Assembly (NCBI RefSeq): GCF_000018305.1
Contig: NC_009954.1
Location: 420,001-452,000, forward strand
DNA: 32,000 bases
Direction of reading: 5' to 3'
Source of the DNA: Caldivirga maquilingensis IC-167
GTDB lineage: Archaea; Thermoproteota; Thermoprotei; Thermoproteales; Thermocladiaceae
Positions 17,483 through 26,333 of the stretch are shown in pieces. The notes under the pieces were generated by a model. It did not search any database. It saw only the letters and a list, made by a program, of their open reading frames with translations, and was not told the DNA's origin. Both the position numbers and the translations under genes were made by a program. The stretch's first letter is position 1, and each line of letters starts with the position of its first letter.

Positions 17483-17902
17483 ATGGTTGAGGAGGTTACT
17501 GTTGAGGAACTTATTAACAGGGTTATGGAGGGTAATAACCTTGAGATTATTGATTACAGGGGGGATTTAATCGTGGTTGATTCCGTTAAAGGTATTGTTA
17601 AGGGTGATGTGGGGGATTTAGGGGAACTTAAGAAGAGGAGACCCAGGGGAGGACCCACTAAGAGGCAGGTTGAGTTAATTGCAGCCATAGTTAGGGCGCT
17701 GGTTAAGTCTAGGGTTAAGTTTAAGGTTGTCTTTGGGCCCAGGGAGGCTACGGTTAGGTTTGATGAGGATAGGTACGTTAGGGTTACTGAGAGTGATTCA
17801 AGGGTTGTGGGCTTTAATTCAAGTAGTGAGGAGCCTTTAAGCATAATCTACGGTGAATTAAGTGGATACGGTAAGGTACTCTTCCTTAAGCCCCTTAAGT
17901 GA
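17483..17902 (+). CDS. Hypothetical protein (139 aa) with a central basic patch KKRRPRGGPTKRQ
   Basis: TATA-like ACATTTATTAATTT lies about 27 nt upstream of the ATG. The composition looks coding. No family recognised. Confidence 0.55.
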   Translation: MVEEVTVEELINRVMEGNNLEIIDYRGDLIVVDSVKGIVKGDVGDLGELKKRRPRGGPTKRQVELIAAIVRALVKSRVKFKVVFGPREATVRFDEDRYVRVTESDSRVVGFNSSSEEPLSIIYGELSGYGKVLFLKPLK

Positions 17903-17959
17903 CGTTACCATTGAAAATAATTAATTAGTATTAAAACCCTTAAACACTATGATTTAAAC

Positions 17960-18694
17960 GTGATACCTAAGTTCATACTAACCCATAGGCATCACTGCGC
18001 CATAGTTAAGTCAAGGAGCGGTGACTTAGCCTTAACCATAGATAGGGGTGGGAGGTTAATTGTTAGTTCAAGCAAGCCCTGTACCGGTGACTACATTAAG
18101 CTTCAACCCTACCTCCGCATTGGCCCAAGTAGTGAGGTGATTAAACCATTCATGGTTTACGACTATGAGTACGTGCCAATCTACGTAATATACAGGGATG
18201 TAGTGGCGCTGAATCAATTAACAATATCAGGCGGTAGGGTAAGCCTACAGTTGGAGGATGCTGATGAAACCGTGTTAAGGGGCCTTGTGGTTAATAATGA
18301 GGATTACGTTAGGTACATGATTGATGTACTAATAAGCAAGTACCTTGAATCCCCAATACCCATCCTAGCAATGTCAGTTAAGTTAAGTAATAACCCTGAT
18401 AAGGTTGAGGAGCAGGTGAAGGCTTTAACAGATGGGGATTACCACGTGGCTGGGGTTAAGATTTACCATAAGCCAGGCTTCATGGTTAGTATAAGGAGGA
18501 TATCACCCTATAGGGTTAACGTAGCGTTAATGTGCAGCATAGACCTAGTGGATGACTTCAAGGGATTAACCAAGGCGCTATTACTTTCATCAACCATAAT
18601 TCACGATCTAAGGCTAGGTAGGGTGGGGGAGTTACCCATGGGTATGGATGTCTTCTACCCAATAGCCAAGAGGAGCCTAAACAATACTGCATAA
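17960..18694 (+). CDS. Hypothetical protein (244 aa)
   Basis: GTG-initiated ORF downstream of an AT-rich box (17924-17940). No recognisable motifs. Confidence 0.55.
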   Translation: MIPKFILTHRHHCAIVKSRSGDLALTIDRGGRLIVSSSKPCTGDYIKLQPYLRIGPSSEVIKPFMVYDYEYVPIYVIYRDVVALNQLTISGGRVSLQLEDADETVLRGLVVNNEDYVRYMIDVLISKYLESPIPILAMSVKLSNNPDKVEEQVKALTDGDYHVAGVKIYHKPGFMVSIRRISPYRVNVALMCSIDLVDDFKGLTKALLLSSTIIHDLRLGRVGELPMGMDVFYPIAKRSLNNTA

Positions 18695-18725
18695 TACTTT
18701 AAACACAGATTAAGGAGGGGGACTC

Positions 18726-19996
18726 ATGGGTTTAACCTACAGTAGGGTAAGAGGTGGTGTATCCTTAACCATTGGTGAACTTAAGCTTGAGGTAACCTTC
18801 CCTGACACTAAGATTGCTAGAGTCCTCTATACGCCAGTGACCAGGAGTAGGGGGAGGTCCCTTGTAGTCACCAGTGCCTCATACGTGGAGCCAAGCCTAG
18901 AGGAGGTTAATGGAGCTTTAAGGCTAAGTACGGGGGAATTAATCATTGAGGTTAACCCGGATTACTCCATATCATTCATGAATAGTAAAGGTGAATTAAT
19001 GGCTAGGGAGGTTAAGAGGGAGATTAATGATAATGGGCTCGGCGGCTTCTGGAGCAGCCAAGTGATTACCGCTAAGGGTAAGGGCTTTTACGGGCTTGGG
19101 CAGCATCAAGGCTTATTCAACTACAGGAACCATGAGGTTCACCTGCTTCAAAGGAATCCAACCGAGACCGCATTACCAATACTAGTGTCCAACGTGGGCT
19201 ACGGCTTAATGTGGGATCACTACAGTTTATCCAGGGTGAAGGTAAGTGAATTAACCAGTGGTGAATCAAGGATTGAGTATTGGTCCGAGGACGTGGATGC
19301 AGTGGACTACTACTTCATACTGGGGCCCAGTATTGATGATGTTGTTTCAGGGTATAGGAAATTAACTGGTAAGGCACCCATGCTCCCAAAGTGGGCCTTC
19401 GGGTATTGGCAATCCAGGGAGAGGTATAGGACGCAGGAGGAGTTGATTAGCATTGTTAAGGAGTTTAGAAGTAGGGGGATTCCCATTGATGTTATTGTAC
19501 AGGACTGGCTCTACTGGGGTAAGTATGGCTGGAACGCCATGAAGTTTGATGAGGCCAATTACCCTAATCCAGTTGAGATGACTAGGGAGATCCATAAATT
19601 AGGCGCCAGGGTCGTAATATCTATTTGGCCCATCTTCGGCCAGAGGACTGATGTATACAGGGTGTTTAAGGATAAGGGTTACCTAATACCTGGTTCACTG
19701 AACTATGACCCATTCAATGATGATGCGAGGAGGGAGTATTGGAGGCTTATAGAGGAGAACTTCGCCAAGGTGGGTATAGATGGGTGGTGGCTGGATGCCT
19801 CAGAACCTGAATTAGATAAGCCTAGGGATCCATCAACAGATAGGGGTACGTGGACCTTCTACACCGGGTTACGTGACTCCACCACGGCAATGGGTAGGGG
19901 GTCGAGATTCATGAACGCCTACCCATTAATGCACACTAAGGCTGTTTACGAGGGACAGAGGGGGAGTTTCAATAGGCGTGTGGTGATATTAACTAG
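18726..19996 (+). pseudogene. GH31 glycosidase (alpha-xylosidase/alpha-glucosidase type), N-terminal fragment, interrupted by an IS
   Basis: GH31 blocks KWAFGYWQSRERY and IDVIVQDWLYW, plus the nucleophile motif DGWWLDASEPE (Asp codon 19794-19796). The frame ends ...NRRVVILT and then runs into IS sequence (stop at 19998-20000). Confidence 0.88.
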
Positions 19997-20115
19997 CTGA
20001 CCTCCTCCCCGTCTTAAAGGGTGGGGTTTCCCTTTGGGTGGTTCATTGGTTTGTGGTTTACCGCCTTCATCCTCATCGCTTCATTGCTGGTGGAGGATGA
20101 CCTCCACCCCGCTCC
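19977..20115 (-). ncRNA. Putative omega-RNA of IS copy 2 (scaffold 19997-20115 plus about 20 nt of guide from the GH31 flank, 19977-19996)
   Basis: Perfect 8-bp hairpin GGTGGAGG-ATGA-CCTCCACC (20089-20108). Blocks shared with copy 1: rc GGAAACCCCACCC at 20019-20031 and rc GCGGGGTGGAG at 20102-20112. The extent is a guess. Confidence 0.4.
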
Positions 20116-21399
20116 GTTCGTCCAGCGGTAGACCACGGGCTGGGTCTTCAACCCAATTACCCCTATCCCTCCACGGGAGTAGCCCCCAACACCCGCCTCA
20201 CTGGGACTTGGGGATATGTGCATGCGTAGTATGTTTACTGCCGCATTCAAGTCAGCATTAATTACCTTCCCCATGCGGGGACACTTGAATAAGCCACGGT
20301 GAATCCTACCATTTGGGTGAGTTTCCCCGCATAGGGTGCATGTTTTAGATGTGTACGCTTCATTAACCTCAATAACCTTAATCCCCAACTCCTCACCAAC
20401 CTCTTTCAACCTTCGTATAATGAGCCTATAATTCCAGAAGTTCACAGTTAGTTTATTCCCATGGTTCTTTGTAATCTCCTTAGGGTAACCAACTCTAACC
20501 TCTATAACCCCCTCTTTACTAAGTATATTCATTATCCTCCTCACCATTGAATTTACTACGTGCCTCATGAATAGGCTTCTTTTCCTATATAACATGCTTA
20601 ATCTCCTACTCCTCCTCTGCCCATGCAAGGCTAATTTCTTCTGTGTTATGGCTATCTTTTTGCTATAATACTCGTACTGTGAGAGAATAGAACCACCTTT
20701 GAAGAGAAACCATTTTCCATTCTCTATGAACATTGTTACTAAGTTCACTATCCCTAAATCAATAGATGCCTTTAATCCACTCTCCTTTGGTTTAACGTCC
20801 TCAACACTCATTGGTATGAATGCGTAAAACCTCCCCCTAACTTCATCATAATGTATTTCAAGTCTGCCTTGTTTCCCTTTCCATTTCAACTTACCGGCGT
20901 ACTTTAACCTCATCTTGAAGTCCTTAAGGTAAATCTCACGTTTCTCCTCATCAATAGTGTACCTATCATTTCTAACAAGAATGATGCCTTGCTTCCAATA
21001 GCCCGGCGGTCTTGGCTTTAAGTTCTTGTTTTGCCTCTTCTCTTTTATTAAAGCGAAAAATGAACGCCAAGCCTCAGCATTCTTCCTAGTAACCTGCTGT
21101 GCATTGACTTTTAGGATTCGCTTAAACTTCTCATATGTTTCTTTCTCGGTCTCTCCGAAGCCCACTCTTTCATGGTTTTTAAACTGCTGCATCCTAAGCC
21201 AATTAACAGTATTCCAACAAGCCCTATACACTTCCAATAGACCAAGCAACCTCTTCTTAGTCTCTTCATCCACAATCAGTTTAACAATGTTACTCCTCTT
21301 CATTCTCCCACTATTTCCCTATAATACTTCTTAATTACCTCATCTGAAACTTTAAAAGCTTTACCCCGCCTTAGAAAGGTGAAACTTGTCGTTCATTTT
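19997..21399 (-). mobile_element. IS200/IS605-family, tnpB-only (IS1341-type) insertion sequence, copy 2, about 1.4 kb, inserted in the GH31 gene
   Basis: Joining 19996 to 21400 restores GTG GTG ATA TTA ACT AGG TCA GCC TTC CTG (VVILTRSAFLG) with no target duplication. Boundaries are good to about 1 nt because CTGAC (19997-20001) and GTCAG (21400-21404) are reverse complements. Confidence 0.82.
20014..21303 (-). CDS. tnpB: TnpB-like RNA-guided endonuclease (IS200/IS605 OrfB), divergent from copy 1
   Basis: AYTSKTCTLCG...FKCPRMGKVINADLNAAVNIL, plus a RuvC-I candidate SIDLGIVN. Length 429 aa with a low-complexity C-terminal tail over the right-end RNA region. Confidence 0.9.
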   Translation of the reverse strand: MKRSNIVKLIVDEETKKRLLGLLEVYRACWNTVNWLRMQQFKNHERVGFGETEKETYEKFKRILKVNAQQVTRKNAEAWRSFFALIKEKRQNKNLKPRPPGYWKQGIILVRNDRYTIDEEKREIYLKDFKMRLKYAGKLKWKGKQGRLEIHYDEVRGRFYAFIPMSVEDVKPKESGLKASIDLGIVNLVTMFIENGKWFLFKGGSILSQYEYYSKKIAITQKKLALHGQRRSRRLSMLYRKRSLFMRHVVNSMVRRIMNILSKEGVIEVRVGYPKEITKNHGNKLTVNFWNYRLIIRRLKEVGEELGIKVIEVNEAYTSKTCTLCGETHPNGRIHRGLFKCPRMGKVINADLNAAVNILRMHISPSPSEAGVGGYSRGGIGVIGLKTQPVVYRWTNGAGWRSSSTSNEAMRMKAVNHKPMNHPKGNPTL

Positions 21400-22366
21400 G
21401 TCAGCCTTCCTGGGGCAGCAGAGGCACTCAGCCATAACCTGGTCAGGTGATGTGCATCATGATTGGGGTGTCTTAGCTGGGCAAATACCCGCTGGCCTAA
21501 ACTTCAGCATATCCGGCATACCTTACTGGACCACTGATACAGGTGGCTTCTTCAGCGGTGACCCATCAACACCAGCCTACGGTGAAGTCTTCACCAGGTG
21601 GCTGCAGTGGAGTACCTTCTGCCCAGTAATGAGGGTTCACGGCACCTGGTACGCTAAGGAACCTTGGATGTTCCCTGAACCATTTTACAGTATTATTAAG
21701 CAGTACATTGAATTCAGGTATAGGCTACTCCCATACATATACTCAGTGGCCTGGATGGTCACCAGTAGGGATTACACAATGATGAGGCCCTTGGTAATGG
21801 ATTTCCAAGATGATGAAGAAGTGCTTAACATAGGTGATCAATACATGTTCGGCCCATTCATAATGGTTAGCCCAGTTACTGTACCGGCTAGGAGGCGTAG
21901 GGTCTACTTACCTAAAGGAACACAGTGGTTTGACTTCTGGACTGGTAAAGCCTATGTTGGGGGCTCGTACATTGATGCTGATGCCCCATTGGATAGGATA
22001 CCGCTTCACGTTAAGGCAGGCTCAATACTACCCCTTGGTCCTGTTAAGGCTAATTCCAGTGAACCGGAGAACCCCATTGAACTCAGGGTTTACGATGGCG
22101 GTGACTCGGAGTTCACGCTTTACTTCGATGATGGGGAATCATATAATTATGAGAATGGGGAGTATTGCCTAATCCCATTGAGGTGGCTTAGCGGTGAGGG
22201 GAGGTTGATAATAGGGGATGCGTCAGGTGGCTATTGCAGAAACCTTAATTCACTGCAGTTCAACGTGGTTTTGGTTTCAGAAGGCCACGGTACTGGTGCG
22301 TCACCATCAGGGCCGGATTACTCCATTAACTACAGTGGACGTGCAGTTGAGGTTAAGGTTAAGTGA
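21400..22366 (+). pseudogene. GH31 glycosidase, C-terminal fragment
   Basis: (R)SAFLGQQRHSAITWSGDVHHDW, GIPYWTTDTGGFF and CPVMRVHG are conserved GH31 catalytic-domain and C-terminal blocks. The track ORF start (TTG 21386) lies inside IS-derived sequence. Confidence 0.88.
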
Positions 22367-22384
22367 AGGTTAATTAGCTGAAAA

Positions 22385-22396
22385 CATTTAATATAC
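22385..22396 (+). promoter_or_regulatory. TATA box (CATTTAATATAC) for the coiled-coil/nuclease gene pair
   Basis: Centre is about 27 nt upstream of the GTG at 22415. Confidence 0.45.
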
Positions 22397-22414
22397 TGAA
22401 GCATACTCCAACCT

Positions 22415-22930
22415 GTGGCAACAGAGTATACTCCAGAATACGTGTATGAGTTAATGAATAAGCTTGATGAGGAGGTTAGTGAATTAAGGAACACCGTGGG
22501 CTCATTGGTTAATACAGTGAAGGAACTGGATAAGAGGTATGGTGAATTAGCCCAGAGGATTGATGCAGTTGCAAACGCGTTAAGTGGGGGTAGGGGTCAG
22601 TCTGATATGGGGAGTGTGTTGAGGGAGATAGCCTACATTGAGACAACGCTACTGAATTACAGGGATCAATTGGGTAAGGTCAGGGATCAACTTAACGATA
22701 TGCTTAATCAATTGAATAAGACAATGGGTGAGTTAAGTGACGCTAGGTCAATGATATTCGATGTTGTGAATAACCTAAGGAACCTACTCTCCAATTACCA
22801 GAGTAGGCTTGAGGAATTATCAATAACCATAACTGAATTATCAATAATGCTCAGCAGTAGGTTAAGTGACCTTGAGAGGGAGATTAAGGCCATGAGGGAA
22901 TCAGTGTTATTAAGTAAAGGTAAGCAGTAG
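22415..22930 (+). CDS. Coiled-coil protein (171 aa), function unknown
   Basis: Heptad-like, Leu/Glu/Asn/Arg-rich helices run through the whole protein (LDEEVSELRNTVGSLVNTVKELDKRYGELAQRIDAV...; LGKVRDQLNDMLNQLNKTMGELS...; LEELSITITELSIMLSSRLSDLEREIKAM). GTG start with a well-spaced TATA box. Confidence 0.6.
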   Translation: MATEYTPEYVYELMNKLDEEVSELRNTVGSLVNTVKELDKRYGELAQRIDAVANALSGGRGQSDMGSVLREIAYIETTLLNYRDQLGKVRDQLNDMLNQLNKTMGELSDARSMIFDVVNNLRNLLSNYQSRLEELSITITELSIMLSSRLSDLEREIKAMRESVLLSKGKQ

Positions 22931-22938
22931 GAGGAGTC

Positions 22939-23640
22939 ATGAATACTGGGAGGGAGGCTAGGCTTAGGGTTATTGAGGCAGTGTTCATGTTGACCTCAGA
23001 GGGTAATAGGGTATTCTCAGTAAACTCACTGGCTGTGATAACTCATGGTGAGTACGCTGAGGCCCTTGAATGGTTGATTGAGGAGGGTGTAGTGGATAGG
23101 GTTAATGATAAGTACCTTAAGGTAACTGTACCTAGGCTTCAATTACTAATGATGATGGGTAGTGAATCAGTGATTAACTACATTAATTACTTATCCTGGA
23201 GTGAATTCGAGGAATTCATCTCATTTATAATGAGGCAGGAGGGTTATGAGACACTTAGGGGGATTAGGTTAACTATGGGTGGTGTGAGGGGTGAATTCGA
23301 CGTAATAGGGTATAGGGGTAGTGTTGTGATTGTTGTTGAGGCTAAGCATTGGTTAAGCATAAGTGGTAGCGAGTTGGAGACTATTGTGAGTAAGCATATT
23401 AGTAAGGTTAAGGCATTAGCGGATAATTGGGGTAAGTTCACTAGGAAGGTTAAGTTAAGTATGATCAATGCCTCAATATACCCATTAATCGTAACCCTTA
23501 AGACGCCTCAACTACAGTCGTACAGTAACGTACCAATAATTGCCTCACACCAATTACCAAGCTTCCTAGAGAACCTTGAGTCACTGAAGGATAATATCCT
23601 CTGCTTTAAGGCAAGTCAAGCCACATTGAGCACTGGTTAA
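22939..23640 (+). CDS. wHTH plus Mrr-like restriction-endonuclease-fold (PD-(D/E)xK) nuclease
   Basis: WSEFEEFISFIMRQEGYETL...GEFDVIGYRGSVVIVVEAKHW gives D121 (23299-23301) and E134-x-K136 (23338-23346) in the Mrr_cat arrangement. The N-terminal ~70 aa looks winged-helix. The gene starts 8 nt after the coiled-coil gene. Confidence 0.7.
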   Translation: MNTGREARLRVIEAVFMLTSEGNRVFSVNSLAVITHGEYAEALEWLIEEGVVDRVNDKYLKVTVPRLQLLMMMGSESVINYINYLSWSEFEEFISFIMRQEGYETLRGIRLTMGGVRGEFDVIGYRGSVVIVVEAKHWLSISGSELETIVSKHISKVKALADNWGKFTRKVKLSMINASIYPLIVTLKTPQLQSYSNVPIIASHQLPSFLENLESLKDNILCFKASQATLSTG

Positions 23641-23641
23641 T

Positions 23642-25111
23642 TCACCTCCTTAATGACCTAGTGGGTGGTATAGTGTTAAGGTGCATTAACTCCTCTGGTA
23701 TAGCCTTAGATTTAGCAATCTCCCTGTAAACATAGGCTGATGGCCTCCAGTACTGCTTCTTAGTGGAGTAGTCTACTTGAAGTAAACCAAACCTCATGCT
23801 GAAGCCTGAGGCCCACTCGTAATTATCAGTCAGGGACCAGTGTAGGTAACCCTTAACGTTAGCCCCCTCTTGAATAGCCCTATAGACTTGGTAAATGTGG
23901 CTAACTAAGTAATATGGCCTCTGGTAATCAGCCGCATCAGCAATACCATTCTCAGTAACGTATATGGGTAAGTGATAGCGGCTCCAGTACTTCATTATTA
24001 CATCATAAAGACCCTCCGGGTAGAATTCCCAACCGAAGTCACTGCATGGTCTACCATCAGGGCTAATTGAATTCCTCTCGCAACCATACCCATACCCAGG
24101 TATGCTCACGTAGGATTTCTCACCAATAAGCTTAACCACTGTTCTAGAGTAGTAGTTTACCCCAATCCAGTCAAGCCTACCCTTCAAGTCATCCCTAGTA
24201 ACCCCCATTAATTCACCCTTAATTATTGCATCGAAGAATATCCACCTTGAATCATACTCAGCCAACTCAACGGCCTTAGCATCCTTATCAGTTAGCGGTG
24301 TGAAGGATGAGTTAGCGTATATTATGCCAATGGGCTTCTTGGAAATAGCCTTAACAGCGTCATAAGCCCTAGCATGGGCCTGTATTAAATTAACCATGAC
24401 TCTCCTTGATAATTCAAAGTTAAGGTAACTTGGTGGGAAACCTGACTTAACCCACATGTAGCCATTACTGTGAACTACATTGGGTTCATTCATTGTTGAA
24501 TACTCATCGGCAAGGTCATCGAACTTCCAGGCAGTGTAGGCTGCAAACCTAGCGAAGTTAATGACGGTCTTAACATCAAGCCAACCAGTGGGTCCACTTA
24601 AGTCACCTTTCCTAACCCTGATTGGGTCATGGACCCAAAGGGGCAGTGGCCAATGGTAGAAGTTCAGTATGAAGTGTATTCCCCTAGCCTTAAGGTCACT
24701 GAAAATCTCCCTATAATGCCTCACAGCCTCCTGGTTAGCGGCTTCATCAAGCCTCTTGAGATCATTCTCATCAACATGCACGGCCAACACGTCATTACCC
24801 TTAACCTCCACGTTACCCTGCGGTGGGTCAGGCATTGGCTTAGGGAATATTCGAGACCACTCAACATTAATCCTAGCGATATCAAGCCCCATTTTAACCG
24901 CATTATCATGAAACATCCTGTAAAGCCCCCAGTAACCTGGCCCATGTTCAGGTAAATCACCGCTAACTAAGCCCGAAGCAATGTTCTCAGGATCATGAAC
25001 CCACACGTACCAGTCGGTGTTAGGGTCCTCACTACCTGGAGTACCCATTTCAGACTGGAACCCCGCCTGGGACCAGCCGAACCTGAAGGATTTTGGAAAT
25101 GAGATATCCAT
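23642..25111 (-). CDS. lacS: beta-glycosidase, glycoside hydrolase family 1 (LacS-like)
   Basis: N-terminus [35 protein letters not shown] is nearly identical to Saccharolobus solfataricus LacS as I recall it. Acid/base motif TMNEPNVV and nucleophile motif YVTENGIAD. Length 489 aa. Confidence 0.95.
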   Translation of the reverse strand: MDISFPKSFRFGWSQAGFQSEMGTPGSEDPNTDWYVWVHDPENIASGLVSGDLPEHGPGYWGLYRMFHDNAVKMGLDIARINVEWSRIFPKPMPDPPQGNVEVKGNDVLAVHVDENDLKRLDEAANQEAVRHYREIFSDLKARGIHFILNFYHWPLPLWVHDPIRVRKGDLSGPTGWLDVKTVINFARFAAYTAWKFDDLADEYSTMNEPNVVHSNGYMWVKSGFPPSYLNFELSRRVMVNLIQAHARAYDAVKAISKKPIGIIYANSSFTPLTDKDAKAVELAEYDSRWIFFDAIIKGELMGVTRDDLKGRLDWIGVNYYSRTVVKLIGEKSYVSIPGYGYGCERNSISPDGRPCSDFGWEFYPEGLYDVIMKYWSRYHLPIYVTENGIADAADYQRPYYLVSHIYQVYRAIQEGANVKGYLHWSLTDNYEWASGFSMRFGLLQVDYSTKKQYWRPSAYVYREIAKSKAIPEELMHLNTIPPTRSLRR

Positions 25112-25267
25112 TAATTATTATCTAGTTTAGATACTTTTAAGCATTAAGGTTGAATGCCCCTTAAAAGTGTTGTTAAGGTTAAGTCCCTAATCAGGTTGAC
25201 TAAGTCACCATTCCCAGCGAATCCAGTAACCTGCTGCTAATAATTCATTATTCCCGCATAGTAACCT

Positions 25268-25900
25268 TCACTTAACTGCATTAACGCATACGAAACCATA
25301 TCTACCTGCATCAGAATTATTAATAACACTTGGTGCCTCATAATACTCACCCACACCCCTACTGAGGGTTGCCACGTACCCAGTAACCCTTACTCCAAGC
25401 CTTATAAGCGCCTCAGTAACCTGCTTAATAGTTAGGAACCTGGCCCTGGAGTAGTACGGGTGTCCCCTTGAACCAAGCTCACTATACAATGCCCCCCACT
25501 GGCTTTCCAAGGGTACTATGCAGGCCACTAACCTGCCATTACTTTTAAGCACCCTAATGCTTTCCCTCAGTATGGCTTCAGGATTCATCGCAAAGCATAA
25601 TGTGACCACTATTATTACGTAGTCCATTGATGAATCCCTAATAGGCATCAACTCTCCAACCCCCGAGACCACGGCCCAGGTCCTATCCTTAGCTAGCTTA
25701 ATCATTCCTGGTGATGGTTCAAGGGCAATGGCGTTAATTAGCCTTGTGAAGAAGCCGCTTCCAGCCCCAACATCTAGGCCTAGGCCACTTAATCCAAGCG
25801 CCTTAATAGTATCCTCCTCTGACTTAGCCAGTAACTGGTGTTTACTGTACCATGAGTCATATTCATTAGCCCTATTGTTGAAGAGGTCAATAGTGTACAT
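25268..25900 (-). CDS. Class I SAM-dependent methyltransferase
   Basis: Motif I LDVGAGSGFF and a post-I acidic residue. Methyltransf_11-like length of 210 aa. Confidence 0.82.
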   Translation of the reverse strand: MYTIDLFNNRANEYDSWYSKHQLLAKSEEDTIKALGLSGLGLDVGAGSGFFTRLINAIALEPSPGMIKLAKDRTWAVVSGVGELMPIRDSSMDYVIIVVTLCFAMNPEAILRESIRVLKSNGRLVACIVPLESQWGALYSELGSRGHPYYSRARFLTIKQVTEALIRLGVRVTGYVATLSRGVGEYYEAPSVINNSDAGRYGFVCVNAVK

Positions 25901-25971
25901 GATTAATCACCTTAATGGGGTCTTTTATATGTTATCCACTTATTTAATCGAGGGCGAAAGGTTTATAAATT

Positions 25972-25999
25972 CCGATATCGGTAGTGTTATCGGTGACCG
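25972..25999. promoter_or_regulatory. Candidate operator: two palindromes, CCGATATCGG (25972-25981) and CGGTGACCG (25991-25999), just downstream of TATA TTTATAAA (25962-25969)
   Basis: The palindromes sit between the TATA box and the opening of the wHTH reading frame (25997). That placement is typical for autoregulated archaeal wHTH repressors. Confidence 0.3.
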
Positions 26000-26137
26000 G
26001 AAATACTGGGTCGCGTAATAGCAATAGGTGAGTGGACGATACTGCAGGAGTTAAGTAAGGGGAGGAGGAAGATAAGTGAATTAAGGCAAGTCACACCACT
26101 ATACGGTTCAGCACTGGACTTCGCGATAAGTGACCTA

Positions 26138-26332
26138 TTGACCCTTGGATTAGTTAGGAGGGTTACTGAGGGTGGGGAGGAATACTTTGAATTAACTGAA
26201 CTTGGTAAGAACATCACAACCGCACCCTGGCCATGGGGACCATGGGGTTGGAGAGGCCCAGGACCTGGACCATGGGGCTTCGGCCCCTGGGGCGGTAGGA
26301 GACGTGGTGCACCGCCTTATTGGCCTTGGTGA
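26138..26332 (+). CDS. wHTH protein with an extreme Trp/Gly/Pro-rich C-terminal tail. The frame is open from 25997 and the wHTH lies upstream of the TTG at 26138.
   Basis: In-frame translation from 25997 reads PEILGRVIAIGEWTILQELSKGRRKISELRQVTPLYGSALDFAISDLLTLGLVRRVTEGGEEYFELTELGKN, a complete wHTH. The tail is APWPWGPWGWRGPGPGPWGFGPWGGRRRGAPPYWPW. No ATG, GTG or TTG occurs in frame between 25997 and 26138. Confidence 0.5.
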   Translation: MTLGLVRRVTEGGEEYFELTELGKNITTAPWPWGPWGWRGPGPGPWGFGPWGGRRRGAPPYWPW

Positions 26333-26333
26333 A

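Noticed and set aside
20034-21334. Plus-strand ORFs 20034-20261 and 21026-21334
   Set aside because: They are antisense to tnpB copy 2. The first is Ser/Pro-rich low complexity over the structured RNA region.
25987-26217. 76-aa minus-strand ORF
   Set aside because: It is antisense to the frame that encodes a recognisable wHTH domain, and the plus-strand reading is far more protein-like.
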